A model generated the notes under the pieces. The model was given only the letters and a program-made list of their open reading frames with translations, ran no database searches and was not told the DNA's origin. Below are positions 1 to 8,125 of a DNA stretch of 64,000 nt, piece after piece. Where the stretch lies: positions 1 through 64,000 of IMG/VR virus record IMGVR_UViG_3300034031_000013. One strand, written 5' to 3'. The stretch's first letter is position 1. Every line of letters starts with the position of its first letter. Position numbers and translations under genes: made by a program. This DNA comes from a virus.

Positions 1-141
1 CGGACGCAAGATTGCGGACTGCAAATATATACAGTCCTAACCTCGGTAAACAGCCATCCCATGAGTGGTCTCTCATTAGGCGTAAGTGTTTATCGGGGCT
101 TTCTTGTTAAACAAATATACGAAATTTAGTAACTTAGTATT

Positions 142-273
142 ATGTCAACCGAGGATAAGAAAAACCCAAAAGAAGCATCTAATATCTTTCATAGCATTAT
201 GAAAGCATCGGTAAAGCCCAAGAAAACCGATAAGGAAACAAAGGACAAACCTAAGTCTAAGCCTAAGAAGTGA
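142..273 (+). CDS. Small Lys-rich protein (MSTEDKKNPKEASNIFHSIMKASVKPKK..., 43 aa)
   Basis: Hand-translated ORF below the track cut-off; TAACTTAG promoter-like element at 130-137, 4 nt before the ATG. Confidence 0.5.
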   Translation: MSTEDKKNPKEASNIFHSIMKASVKPKKTDKETKDKPKSKPKK

Positions 274-449
274 AAGACACGAACGGGGTAATACTTGGGG
301 TTATGTGTTTAGGAATGAGTATTTACTTATTCTATCCGCGGGCGAAAAAAGCAAACAGTAAACTCGAAGTGTACTTCCGTGTCAAAGCGGTTATAGGTGG
401 CATAATATCACTAACCGTTGGAATTTACTTACTGGTAAACAATCTCTGA
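270..449 (+). CDS. Small two-TM membrane protein (59 aa)
   Basis: GTG start overlaps the previous stop (GTGA); two hydrophobic segments. Confidence 0.45.
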   Translation: MKDTNGVILGVMCLGMSIYLFYPRAKKANSKLEVYFRVKAVIGGIISLTVGIYLLVNNL

Positions 450-454
450 GCCTC

Positions 455-479
455 GTGGTCTAACACGTATATAGTCTCC
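455..479. mobile_element. Possible right terminal inverted repeat of an IS1595-like element whose transposase lies left of the window
   Basis: GTGGTCTAACACGTATATAGTCTCC resembles, from memory, IS1595-family ends; partner end not in window. Confidence 0.3.
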
Positions 480-576
480 TATTATGTGGTAGGCGAAATG
501 GATAAATCAGGGTTATTGAAAGGGATAAGCGGCAATTTCTTAGTTTACAGATCACAAATAACAAAATACAAGGGCC

Positions 577-849
577 ATGAATAAAGAATACAACCAAGCC
601 TCCGAGGAAGAGAGGGAAGCAGAATACGAAAGATGTAAAGACCCGCTGTATCTGTACAACAATTATTGGCAGATAGACGGCAAGCCTGTAACACCTATGA
701 CGAGGGAAGAATGGGATGCTAGGAAAGATTACTTCGAATTAATTAGACAGCGAAGAGTGCCAGCAAGAAGTCTTGAATATTATACCGATCAAGCGATTAA
801 AGCAATAAGAAAGTTTCCTTTAACCCCTAATGAAGCAATAAAGAAATGA
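577..849 (+). CDS. Hypothetical phage protein
   Basis: 90 aa ORF; EYERCKDPLYLYNNY resembles the N-terminal motif of T4-type terminases. Confidence 0.6.
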   Translation: MNKEYNQASEEEREAEYERCKDPLYLYNNYWQIDGKPVTPMTREEWDARKDYFELIRQRRVPARSLEYYTDQAIKAIRKFPLTPNEAIKK

Positions 850-1103
850 ACAACGATTATAAATTCTACACAATAGCAATAGACTATCACTCAGGAAAAC
901 CATTGAACGATATGTTAAATATAAGTTCTGATGCCCTAGAGTTTGAATATGCCGAATTTGGCGAAGGAACGAGCGTTAGAGGGCTTCAATATTGGGACAC
1001 AGAGAAAAGTGCCATGAAGCGTGAAATGTACGTAGAACTCGCTAAAATAGGCGAAGCGGTTAGGCGCATCCATAAACTACACTCCGAAAGAATACCCGCC
1101 TAA
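846..1103 (+). CDS. Hypothetical protein
   Basis: ATGA overlap with the upstream ORF. Confidence 0.6.
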   Translation: MNNDYKFYTIAIDYHSGKPLNDMLNISSDALEFEYAEFGEGTSVRGLQYWDTEKSAMKREMYVELAKIGEAVRRIHKLHSERIPA

Positions 1104-2187
1104 TCCATCAAAACTGCCTTGATATTCTCACTAAACTTGTCCTATTCCAAACACAATAGGGCAACGAGTAGTAACGCCTCAACTACCAAACTTCAAGAAC
1201 CCCACTTGTTGGATAGCTTAAAATAAGACTTCCGAATAAGACAAGTATACTTTGCAATTCACAACCCCGTACTTAACACTGTTCCCGAGCATTCATTATC
1301 GTTACAATCTTTTTAATTGCACAACTATACTAGAGGGGGTTTCCTATCTGCCGAAGGCTACTATACAGCTTACTAGTCTATCCTCCATACTCAAGGTGGT
1401 TTAAGGTGAAACGATCCCAGGGTGAAGCTCTAGGGGTGAAAAAAAATTGCAAAAAATATTTTCGAGGTCTAGCGTTCAGTATAATCCCCCTAGTCAACCG
1501 CTCCTCATCATAATTGGGGAATGGGGCCGGGGCTTCGACCGCCTACCCCCTCAAAACGCAAATCAATCCCCTTAGCCAGTCTCTTACCCCTTAGTGACAT
1601 TGGTACATGGTAAACGGCAACAAGGCTATTAGATGCGCTTACAATCGCTCTACTAGTCTGCATGGGGAACCTGTTCTGTTGCGCTTCGAGGGGGAAAGAG
1701 TTAATCAATGTGTATTACAATCGCATAATCCACCAGTATACACACTGTATTACTAGCTGATTGTCAAGGGTTAATGAGATTGATTGGATTGGCTTAGTGT
1801 AGAGTAAGGGGTAGTCACCGCCTCAAAACACCACTTATATCCCAATTCCACCCAACAATATATAATTCTGCCTTATCCTCATTTCACCAAACATAATTCT
1901 ACCTGTGCTGCCTCAACCCGCTCTAACGTGTTACTCAAGGCATTTAACAGTATGTTATTAGGGGTGTTACTACAGTGTATCTGATATTACGCTGTTTAAA
2001 GCCCTGTGCTGAATTGTATTGTGTTTGTGGGGTTGTTATATGGTTTGGGTATATTAGGCTGTTATATGGGAGATATAGCCTTAATGACAATAATGTCTTA
2101 TGATTGGTTAGTGGTTTGTATTATATTGTTATTGTCTATATATAAGAACTCCCTTTACAATGCCAGTCATAAAGGGAGTTTAACTAC

Positions 2188-2364
2188 TCAAATTACTACC
2201 TCGTTTAATCGGGGCTTGAGTACAATCTCATCAACCTCCTGATCTAACAGGCTAAAGTATTCACTCATAGAGATAGTTTTCCAGAATGAAGGCGCTTTAG
2301 TTGTTGGGTCAATAATCATTTTCACTTGCGGTGTGTGGTGTGTTTCCCTTTCCTTTTTCATCAT
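2188..2364 (-). CDS. Small hypothetical protein (MMKKERETHHTPQVK..., 58 aa)
   Basis: Hand-translated; followed by hairpin AACTCCCTTTA...TAAAGGGAGTT at ~2145-2181. Confidence 0.45.
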   Translation of the reverse strand: MMKKERETHHTPQVKMIIDPTTKAPSFWKTISMSEYFSLLDQEVDEIVLKPRLNEVVI

Positions 2365-2973
2365 CGTTTTTTGTTTAGTTAGTTGATTTTTATTGTATTA
2401 GTGTATTGGCAGGTGCAACTTATCCAGCAATTCGATGTTATTAAACAAGAATAGCGTGGAACTGCTCTTTGAATCTTTCCTGCTCTGGTACTTGGTCTAC
2501 CAAACGGAGATTGAAACAAGGATACAGTTACCACGCTATTTTTGCGATGGGCTGTGCGCTTTGTTCCTTTCATCTCCGTTAAATTAAACTGACCAAGTTT
2601 TGAGCCGGATAAAGGTGTTATGCTTCGCTTTATAATGAGTTTATGTATAGGTTATTTCATAGGCGGTAGTTTGTCCTCTTTCATCTAATACAATAGATAC
2701 TAAAAAGGGTTGACGAATATAATAGTTTTTTTGCGTTAAGTACGTGTATACGTTTGAGATTATTTTTTTGTTTTAATTATTTTATTTATTCTAAGCGAAA
2801 CGAAGCTATTTTAAAGCGTTTAGATCGCATGTAATATCTTAATGATAGTTGTACTAGGTTAAATGTTTTTAGCTCATCACAGGCCGTAGAAATGCTCTTT
2901 ACTGCCAAACCCCGTATATCTCTATACAGGGCAGGCATAATTATAGAGACTTGCGGTAACTATAATTATCTCT

Positions 2974-3333
2974 TTAATCTCTTTTGTTTGTAAGTAAATT
3001 AAATAGCTTCTCTTTATCTGCTTTGAGTTCTTCTATTAATTGATTCTTACTATCTATCAATTGATCTTTAGTATTTAATATTTCCTGAACAGCCGGTGTA
3101 AACCCCATTTCAACTGGCGCAGGTTCAATAAGGAGCGCAAGATCAATGTTTAACTTTGTCTTTACATTCTCTATCATATCCAAGCTAAGTTTATCTCTAC
3201 CACACCAAGCAGTAAGCGTTTGGCGGCTTATTCCTAAACTCTTTGCGGCATCTTCCATTCTTAACCCATTGTTTTGCAAAGCTTGTTTTAAAATAATTCC
3301 CTTGATTTTCAGCATGTTATGTATTTGTGACAA
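2974..3333 (-). CDS. XRE-family HTH repressor (CI-like) with C-terminal coiled coil
   Basis: HTH pattern LRMEDAAKSLGISRQTLTAW; heptad repeats KDQLIDSKNQLIEELK; divergent from the early operon. True start may be 3315. Confidence 0.8.
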   Translation of the reverse strand: MSQIHNMLKIKGIILKQALQNNGLRMEDAAKSLGISRQTLTAWCGRDKLSLDMIENVKTKLNIDLALLIEPAPVEMGFTPAVQEILNTKDQLIDSKNQLIEELKADKEKLFNLLTNKRD

Positions 3334-3350
3334 AAATAACTATTTATTTA

Positions 3351-3382
3351 CTTGACAGATGTAAACATTTACTTTACATTTG
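3351..3382 (+). promoter_or_regulatory. Early rightward promoter (Bacteroidota sigma-A type) with an operator-like palindrome
   Basis: TTG at ~3352 and TACATTTG (TAnnTTTG) at 3375-3382; palindrome GTAAACATTTAC at 3361-3372 lies between them. Confidence 0.6.
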
Positions 3383-3605
3383 TTTTGTCATTAGGAATTA
3401 ACGACTTCACAAAAGTACAACTTTTAATCAAATAACCAAACAAGATGAAAACAGTAGCACAGATAGCATTAAATGTACAATCACTACAATATTTAAAACT
3501 ATTTGTAACAATTTGTAAATAACTCTTGTATTAATAAATAATTAGTTACACATTTGCTTTACAATAACCAACAATAACATTACAACATTTAAAAGACTTG
3601 CAAAC

Positions 3606-4214
3606 ATGAAAACAACAATCACTTTAACAGACGAGAAACTTCAAGACATCTACACAGATGAACAATTTAGAAACCAAGTAGCGAACGCACACAGTTGCCT
3701 TGATTCAAATCACAATTTCAAACACAAGCAAACCTGCTCTTATCCTACTACATATATAGTAACAGAGGAACAAATTGAATTAGCCAAAGTAGAGAAATTA
3801 AGAGCCAAAGAGCAATTCATTAAAGACCACGAAAACGCTTTAATCTTTATCGGCATGGGCATGACTTATGAGCCGACGGAGGGCAATGATGTAGGAAACT
3901 ACAGAGTAAGAACACAATTCACTAACCCAAATGGCAGAACCTTCTTTATAGAGGTTTGCGGAGGCAGCAACGATTACAAATCTCATGTAACATACTCGAT
4001 TGATGTTGATTTACAAAAGAGAAGAGAAAGCGAAAAACCATATATACAAGACTACTACAACTATAACGGCTTAGAAAGAAACGCTAACCCGATATATACA
4101 AAAGAAAGCTTATTAAGCCTTGTAAATCGTCAATTCGACTGCAATTTCTCTGAAATTATAATAGATAACTACAATCTATCGCCGGACGATATCACCTGCA
4201 AAAGCCCTAATTAA
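3606..4214 (+). CDS. Early hypothetical protein
   Basis: 202 aa ORF preceded by AAAAGACTTGCA (3591-3602). Confidence 0.75.
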   Translation: MKTTITLTDEKLQDIYTDEQFRNQVANAHSCLDSNHNFKHKQTCSYPTTYIVTEEQIELAKVEKLRAKEQFIKDHENALIFIGMGMTYEPTEGNDVGNYRVRTQFTNPNGRTFFIEVCGGSNDYKSHVTYSIDVDLQKRRESEKPYIQDYYNYNGLERNANPIYTKESLLSLVNRQFDCNFSEIIIDNYNLSPDDITCKSPN

Positions 4215-4247
4215 TCAAATATTAGCCACTACTAAAAGACTTGCACC

Positions 4248-4490
4248 ATGAACTGGAATAACATTGACTTAAAATCTAATTACGAGGCTTCACAAAACAT
4301 ACTAGAGCCTTTAAGCTTCGACATTCTCTTACTAGAAATACACTGCAATGCAAGAGAGATAAACGAGGCAACAGTTACCGCACAATTCGAAGAAGATTTA
4401 AGAAGCAAGATAGCGTCAGCGCGGGAAATATTCAAAGCCAACCTTGTAAATATTGTAAACCACGCTAAGGAAGAAAGGGCAAAACCATGA
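4248..4490 (+). CDS. Early hypothetical protein
   Basis: 80 aa ORF preceded by AAAAGACTTGCA (4234-4245). Confidence 0.7.
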   Translation: MNWNNIDLKSNYEASQNILEPLSFDILLLEIHCNAREINEATVTAQFEEDLRSKIASAREIFKANLVNIVNHAKEERAKP

Positions 4491-4577
4491 AAATCATAAA
4501 AGCCCTTGCATGGATATGCGCAGTATTCCTGCTTATCCGACAGCTAATGAGTAAAGAATAAACAAATGGTTAGTTGA

Positions 4578-4632
4578 TGCCTGATTGACGACAGGACTTG
4601 AGAAAGTCAGAGGCTCGTAACCTCGTCAGGCA
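4578..4632 (+). ncRNA. Minimal tRNA-like RNA (acceptor stem, hairpin and T-like arm; no D arm)
   Basis: TGCCTGA/TCAGGCA 7-bp stem, GACTT-GAGA-AAGTC hairpin, GAGG-CTCGTAA-CCTC arm with a 7-nt loop. Confidence 0.45.
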
Positions 4633-4874
4633 CTAAGTGAAACAGCAAAGAGAGGGAATAAGCCGTTTGCCTCTGAAAATAAAGCTAAAGTAAAAGACCA
4701 ATCGAAAGTGATTGTAGGGTATATGCTTTAACACCCGAAACAAAGGTTAAGCCGTCCAGCAGACTGAAAGAGTTCAGGAATTTAAAAGAGCCTGATTTAA
4801 TTACTGCATCATAATCGGAACGAAACAACCCCTCAAGCTTGAAATAGTGCTACGGGCATAAGTTAAAAGACTAT

Positions 4875-4928
4875 ACGTCTATAGCTCAATGCTATACTGA
4901 TGAGGCCAAAGGGAAGAGGCCGAAACGT
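4875..4928 (+). ncRNA. Type III hammerhead ribozyme, predicted cleavage after C4879 (GUC)
   Basis: ACG-UC / stem I UAUAGC-UCAAU-GCUAUA / CUGAUGA core (4897-4903) / stem II GGCC-loop-GGCC / GAAA (4922-4925) / CGU; all core nucleotides present. Confidence 0.92.
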
Positions 4929-4954
4929 TTAACTAATTAAAAGACTTGCAAATT

Positions 4955-5320
4955 ATGGGGACTTTAAAAACATTGGACTTACCTAACCACATTCAAGAAC
5001 TTACCCTTTGCGATAAGGATAATTTAAGTTTCGATTATCAAAACAATAGTCACTATTGGATGACAGAAACAGAGGAAGAGTATAAAAAGGTACTGTCTAA
5101 AATAGACAAGTTGAAGATGGAAAATAAAACATACCTAATATATGCATGGTATGATATTTCCTCATTCGATTATTGGAAACGAGAAAGAGATACCAATTAC
5201 ATCCAATTAACGGTAGTTATTAAAAAACCAATTCTCACCAACAAACAGATATACAGATTAGAAAACGACCTAAATAAATTAGACACAAAAGCGTGTATAA
5301 TCCTTTCGGACATAAACTAG
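4955..5320 (+). CDS. Early hypothetical protein
   Basis: ATG 4955 preferred over track TTG 4946 because it follows the AAAAGACTTGCA motif (4939-4950). Confidence 0.7.
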   Translation: MGTLKTLDLPNHIQELTLCDKDNLSFDYQNNSHYWMTETEEEYKKVLSKIDKLKMENKTYLIYAWYDISSFDYWKRERDTNYIQLTVVIKKPILTNKQIYRLENDLNKLDTKACIILSDIN

Positions 5321-5371
5321 AATTAACCCCTATGAATATTAACACGCCTTAAACCACTAAAAAAGACTTGC

Positions 5372-5626
5372 ATGAAAAAGATCATCATCACATTATCAAT
5401 TGTATTTAGTGCCTTTCTAGTACAGGCACAGACAGCAAAGAAAGACCCTACAGGTAATTACATAGAGGTAACCAAAGAAAGCACCGCAAAATTAACGGAT
5501 AAAACCTTTACCACCTTAAAAGGCGAAGTTTTTAAGGTCTACGAAACGGACAAAGGGAGGCTATTTGTAAAGCGCAAGAGTGCCAAGACTGGCAAATCTT
5601 ACAATCAATATCTAAAAGTTAATTAG
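5372..5626 (+). CDS. Small secreted protein
   Basis: Signal peptide MKKIIITLSIVFSAFLVQA; motif at 5361-5372 abuts the ATG. Confidence 0.7.
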   Translation: MKKIIITLSIVFSAFLVQAQTAKKDPTGNYIEVTKESTAKLTDKTFTTLKGEVFKVYETDKGRLFVKRKSAKTGKSYNQYLKVN

Positions 5627-5637
5627 GAGGCTGAAAG

Positions 5638-7294
5638 ATGGAAAATAAGCCACTTACAAAAAGCCAAGCCATTCAAGCCTGTAAAAAGGAGCTAAGAGAG
5701 TGGATAATGGTTAAACGCCTATATCATTTAAGGATAGACGAAATTAACGCCTGTACGGTACGAGTAAGCGCAGTACATGACGGAGTTTATTACAGTAGAC
5801 AAGCAAAGTTTAACACCAATGAGCCATTTTAAAATATGCTTTCTAATTGGTCACAATTGGAAAGGCTTGCCAGGGTATTTAGATATATCAAATTTAGTTT
5901 ATAAAAAGAAATTTTGCAAACGATGTTTAGCAACCAAATGAAACTCTTTCTCCCCCTCCTATTAGCCTTTTTAATAGGCGTTACACTAGGCTTGATACTA
6001 GGAACAAGGAAACCAAAGCTAAACTACTTACAGCCTCAAAACTGCATCGCTCACCCTCCTATATTCAGGGCATGAAAGAGTATCAAAGACAGCTAAGAGA
6101 GGGAGGGGTTAAAGCATTGCTAATCAAGTTAGACGTTAAAGAAAAGCAGGAACGCTACGAGGAATGTGAGGAAATAGTTCAGGCTATCAGAGAGTTTAAC
6201 CAAGCGAATGAAAAGAACTATCCTACCCGATTAACAACGGATTTAAAAAAGCAATTACAATTAACATGAATAAAGAAACAAACTTCATAGGCTATTCCAA
6301 TGGAGTACCCTATGATATACTTGATATAAGGCACGATAAGGAGAATATCGGGTTAATACGTGTATTTGGATTTGATGCGCCTGTATGGTGCTTATTTGAT
6401 CGGATAACGCAAAGGAGTTCAATTAATGGAAAGTAAGATATGTATTCGCTTTTAACAATCATAGATGCGCGTATTCAAGCGTACGACATAAACCTTACCC
6501 AATGCGAAAATAACCTTGAAGCTGAATATTGGAGAGGCAGGTTAGCGGAAGCAATGGAACTATTACAGGAAGTGTTAAACATGGCAGAGGCAGACAGTGA
6601 CGAAAATGATGATTTTGAACCTTATCTCGGTCAGGATTAATGGAAACACGCCAAATAACAACCATCCGCAACGCCCTTAACAGACGCAAGGAGATAAGAC
6701 AAGGGCTAAAGTGTACTAACATAGCCTATGACCTTTGGATAGCTAGTTTAAGCTATGAAACAGGGCTAACAGTAGAATTTATAATTGATAATCTGGAAAT
6801 AATTAAGGAGCTATGAAAGAACTAAAAACCACCATAGAGAATACAGGACTTGTAAACAGGATAGATGACTTAATCAACCAATGGACTTGCCCTGATATAG
6901 ATAAGTATGCAGACGGTTCATACTCCCTTTATCTTTCCTTTACAGAACTATCAGCAAAAGACATCTCTAAAGAGATAGTAGAGTTAATGGTAGAGTTTAT
7001 CATGGCTACAGATTCACGAAACTACAGTAGAAGAGTATACGAAGCCTCTGTAAATCATTTTTTGAAAGAACGATATAAAGAACCCAAGCCATGACCACAA
7101 TCCCAAACCAAATCATTCAATCAGCCTCCCTTATAGCAAGAGAGGTGTACAGCGATTTAAAGAACCTAGGACGAGTTACAGACTACATTCAAGAGAATAG
7201 TCACACAGCAGATTTTGAACTGTCTGACGGCTTCCGAATGAGGGCTATCGAGAAGAAGAACGAGTTCTACTATAATATTTTCAGAGCAAGTTAA
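5638..7294 (+). other. Run of small early hypothetical ORFs (5638-5832, 6072-6269, 6440-6640, 6813-7094, 7091-7294 and shorter ones)
   Basis: Tightly packed co-oriented ORFs with overlapping start/stop codons. Confidence 0.6.
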
Positions 7295-7299
7295 AATAT

Positions 7300-7463
7300 T
7301 AAATACTTCCTGCTTGAAGTAAGATCGGTGATACTAATATATCCGATGAAAGACGCAGAATAAAACTGATGGAGGCTGCGATTCAGAGTATCATATTCCA
7401 AACGCTTTTACAGAGAGAGACACGGCTACTGACCCGAACATTCCTAGTGACAGGAAGTATTTA
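7300..7463 (+). ncRNA. Candidate structured ncRNA (~164 nt) with predicted pseudoknot
   Basis: 13-bp terminal inverted repeat TAAATACTTCCTG/CAGGAAGTATTTA; internal hairpins; loop TGATACT complementary to AGTATCA; strand assumed from operon. Confidence 0.5.
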
Positions 7464-7469
7464 TCATAT

Positions 7470-7539
7470 CTGCCTTTAGTTTAAGCAAAACAACCCTTGC
7501 AAGTGGGGAGATGGAGGTTCGAATCCTTAAGGCAGACCA
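7470..7539 (+). tRNA. Degenerate tRNA-like gene (TGC/GCA in loop, anticodon stem broken, encoded CCA)
   Basis: CTGCCTT/AAGGCAG acceptor, TA, GTTT/AAAC D stem, GGTTCGAATCC T arm, ACCA end. Confidence 0.6.
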
Positions 7540-7647
7540 ATGTGCGCACAATCGTTCTTTTTAACCATCCCAATTTAATCAACTGTTAATTTTTTAAACA
7601 CTTCTTAAATTGTATCTACAAATCTAATGTTCCTGACGAAAGAACAC

Positions 7648-7676
7648 GCCCGTATCTGCACTGTACGGGCTTTTTT
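7648..7676 (+). terminator. Intrinsic terminator
   Basis: GCCCGTA...TACGGGC followed by TTTTTT. Confidence 0.7.
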
Positions 7677-7816
7677 ATTAACCAAGATGCTAATTAAGCT
7701 AGTTTAACATGAACAGCCACAGCCTGCGCGCTGACCTTAGTAGTGCCTATCTAACAGACTGCAATAATTCTGGGGCGTGAAGAGTAAGAGGTGAGATGCC
7801 TCATTAGAATAGTTGA

Positions 7817-7849
7817 GGGAAAGGCTTGAAATATAGTCTTTCCTTTTTT
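7817..7849 (+). terminator. Intrinsic terminator
   Basis: GGAAAGGC...GTCTTTCC followed by a T-run. Confidence 0.6.
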
Positions 7850-8125
7850 ATCACCCCTAACCTAACCAATTATGGAACCCTACAAATTAGCTATAGTACT
7901 ATTTGCCTTGATAGATGCAATAATAATTGTATACAGCTTATCAAGCGCAATGGAGGATAATACAGAGGAATTTTGATATGAGAGAAAGAACATCGGTAAG
8001 AGGCTTTGATGAATTAGAGACATTGCCAAGAGCAGAACCAATATCAGGCATCCCTTTACACCTTACAAGAGAAGAGATAAGGAAGTTCTACGAGAAGAAG
8101 AAACTACAGAATAATAAATAACCAC

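Noticed and set aside
1508-2573. Track ORFs 1508-1708, 2006-2242 and 2379-2573
   Set aside because: Atypical composition, mostly non-ATG starts, and overlap with low-complexity or hairpin sequence
3591-5372. CRISPR-like array from the 12-mer repeats
   Set aside because: Repeat too short, spacing 420-700 bp and filled by ORFs, no cas genes; the 11308 nuclease sits in a recombination module
7540-7620. Theta/HDV-like ribozyme after the tRNA-like genes
   Set aside because: No nested double-pseudoknot pattern downstream of 7539 or 12564
7628-7646. Second hammerhead (CTGACGA...GAA)
   Set aside because: No stem II or correctly placed stems I/III; only a short hairpin
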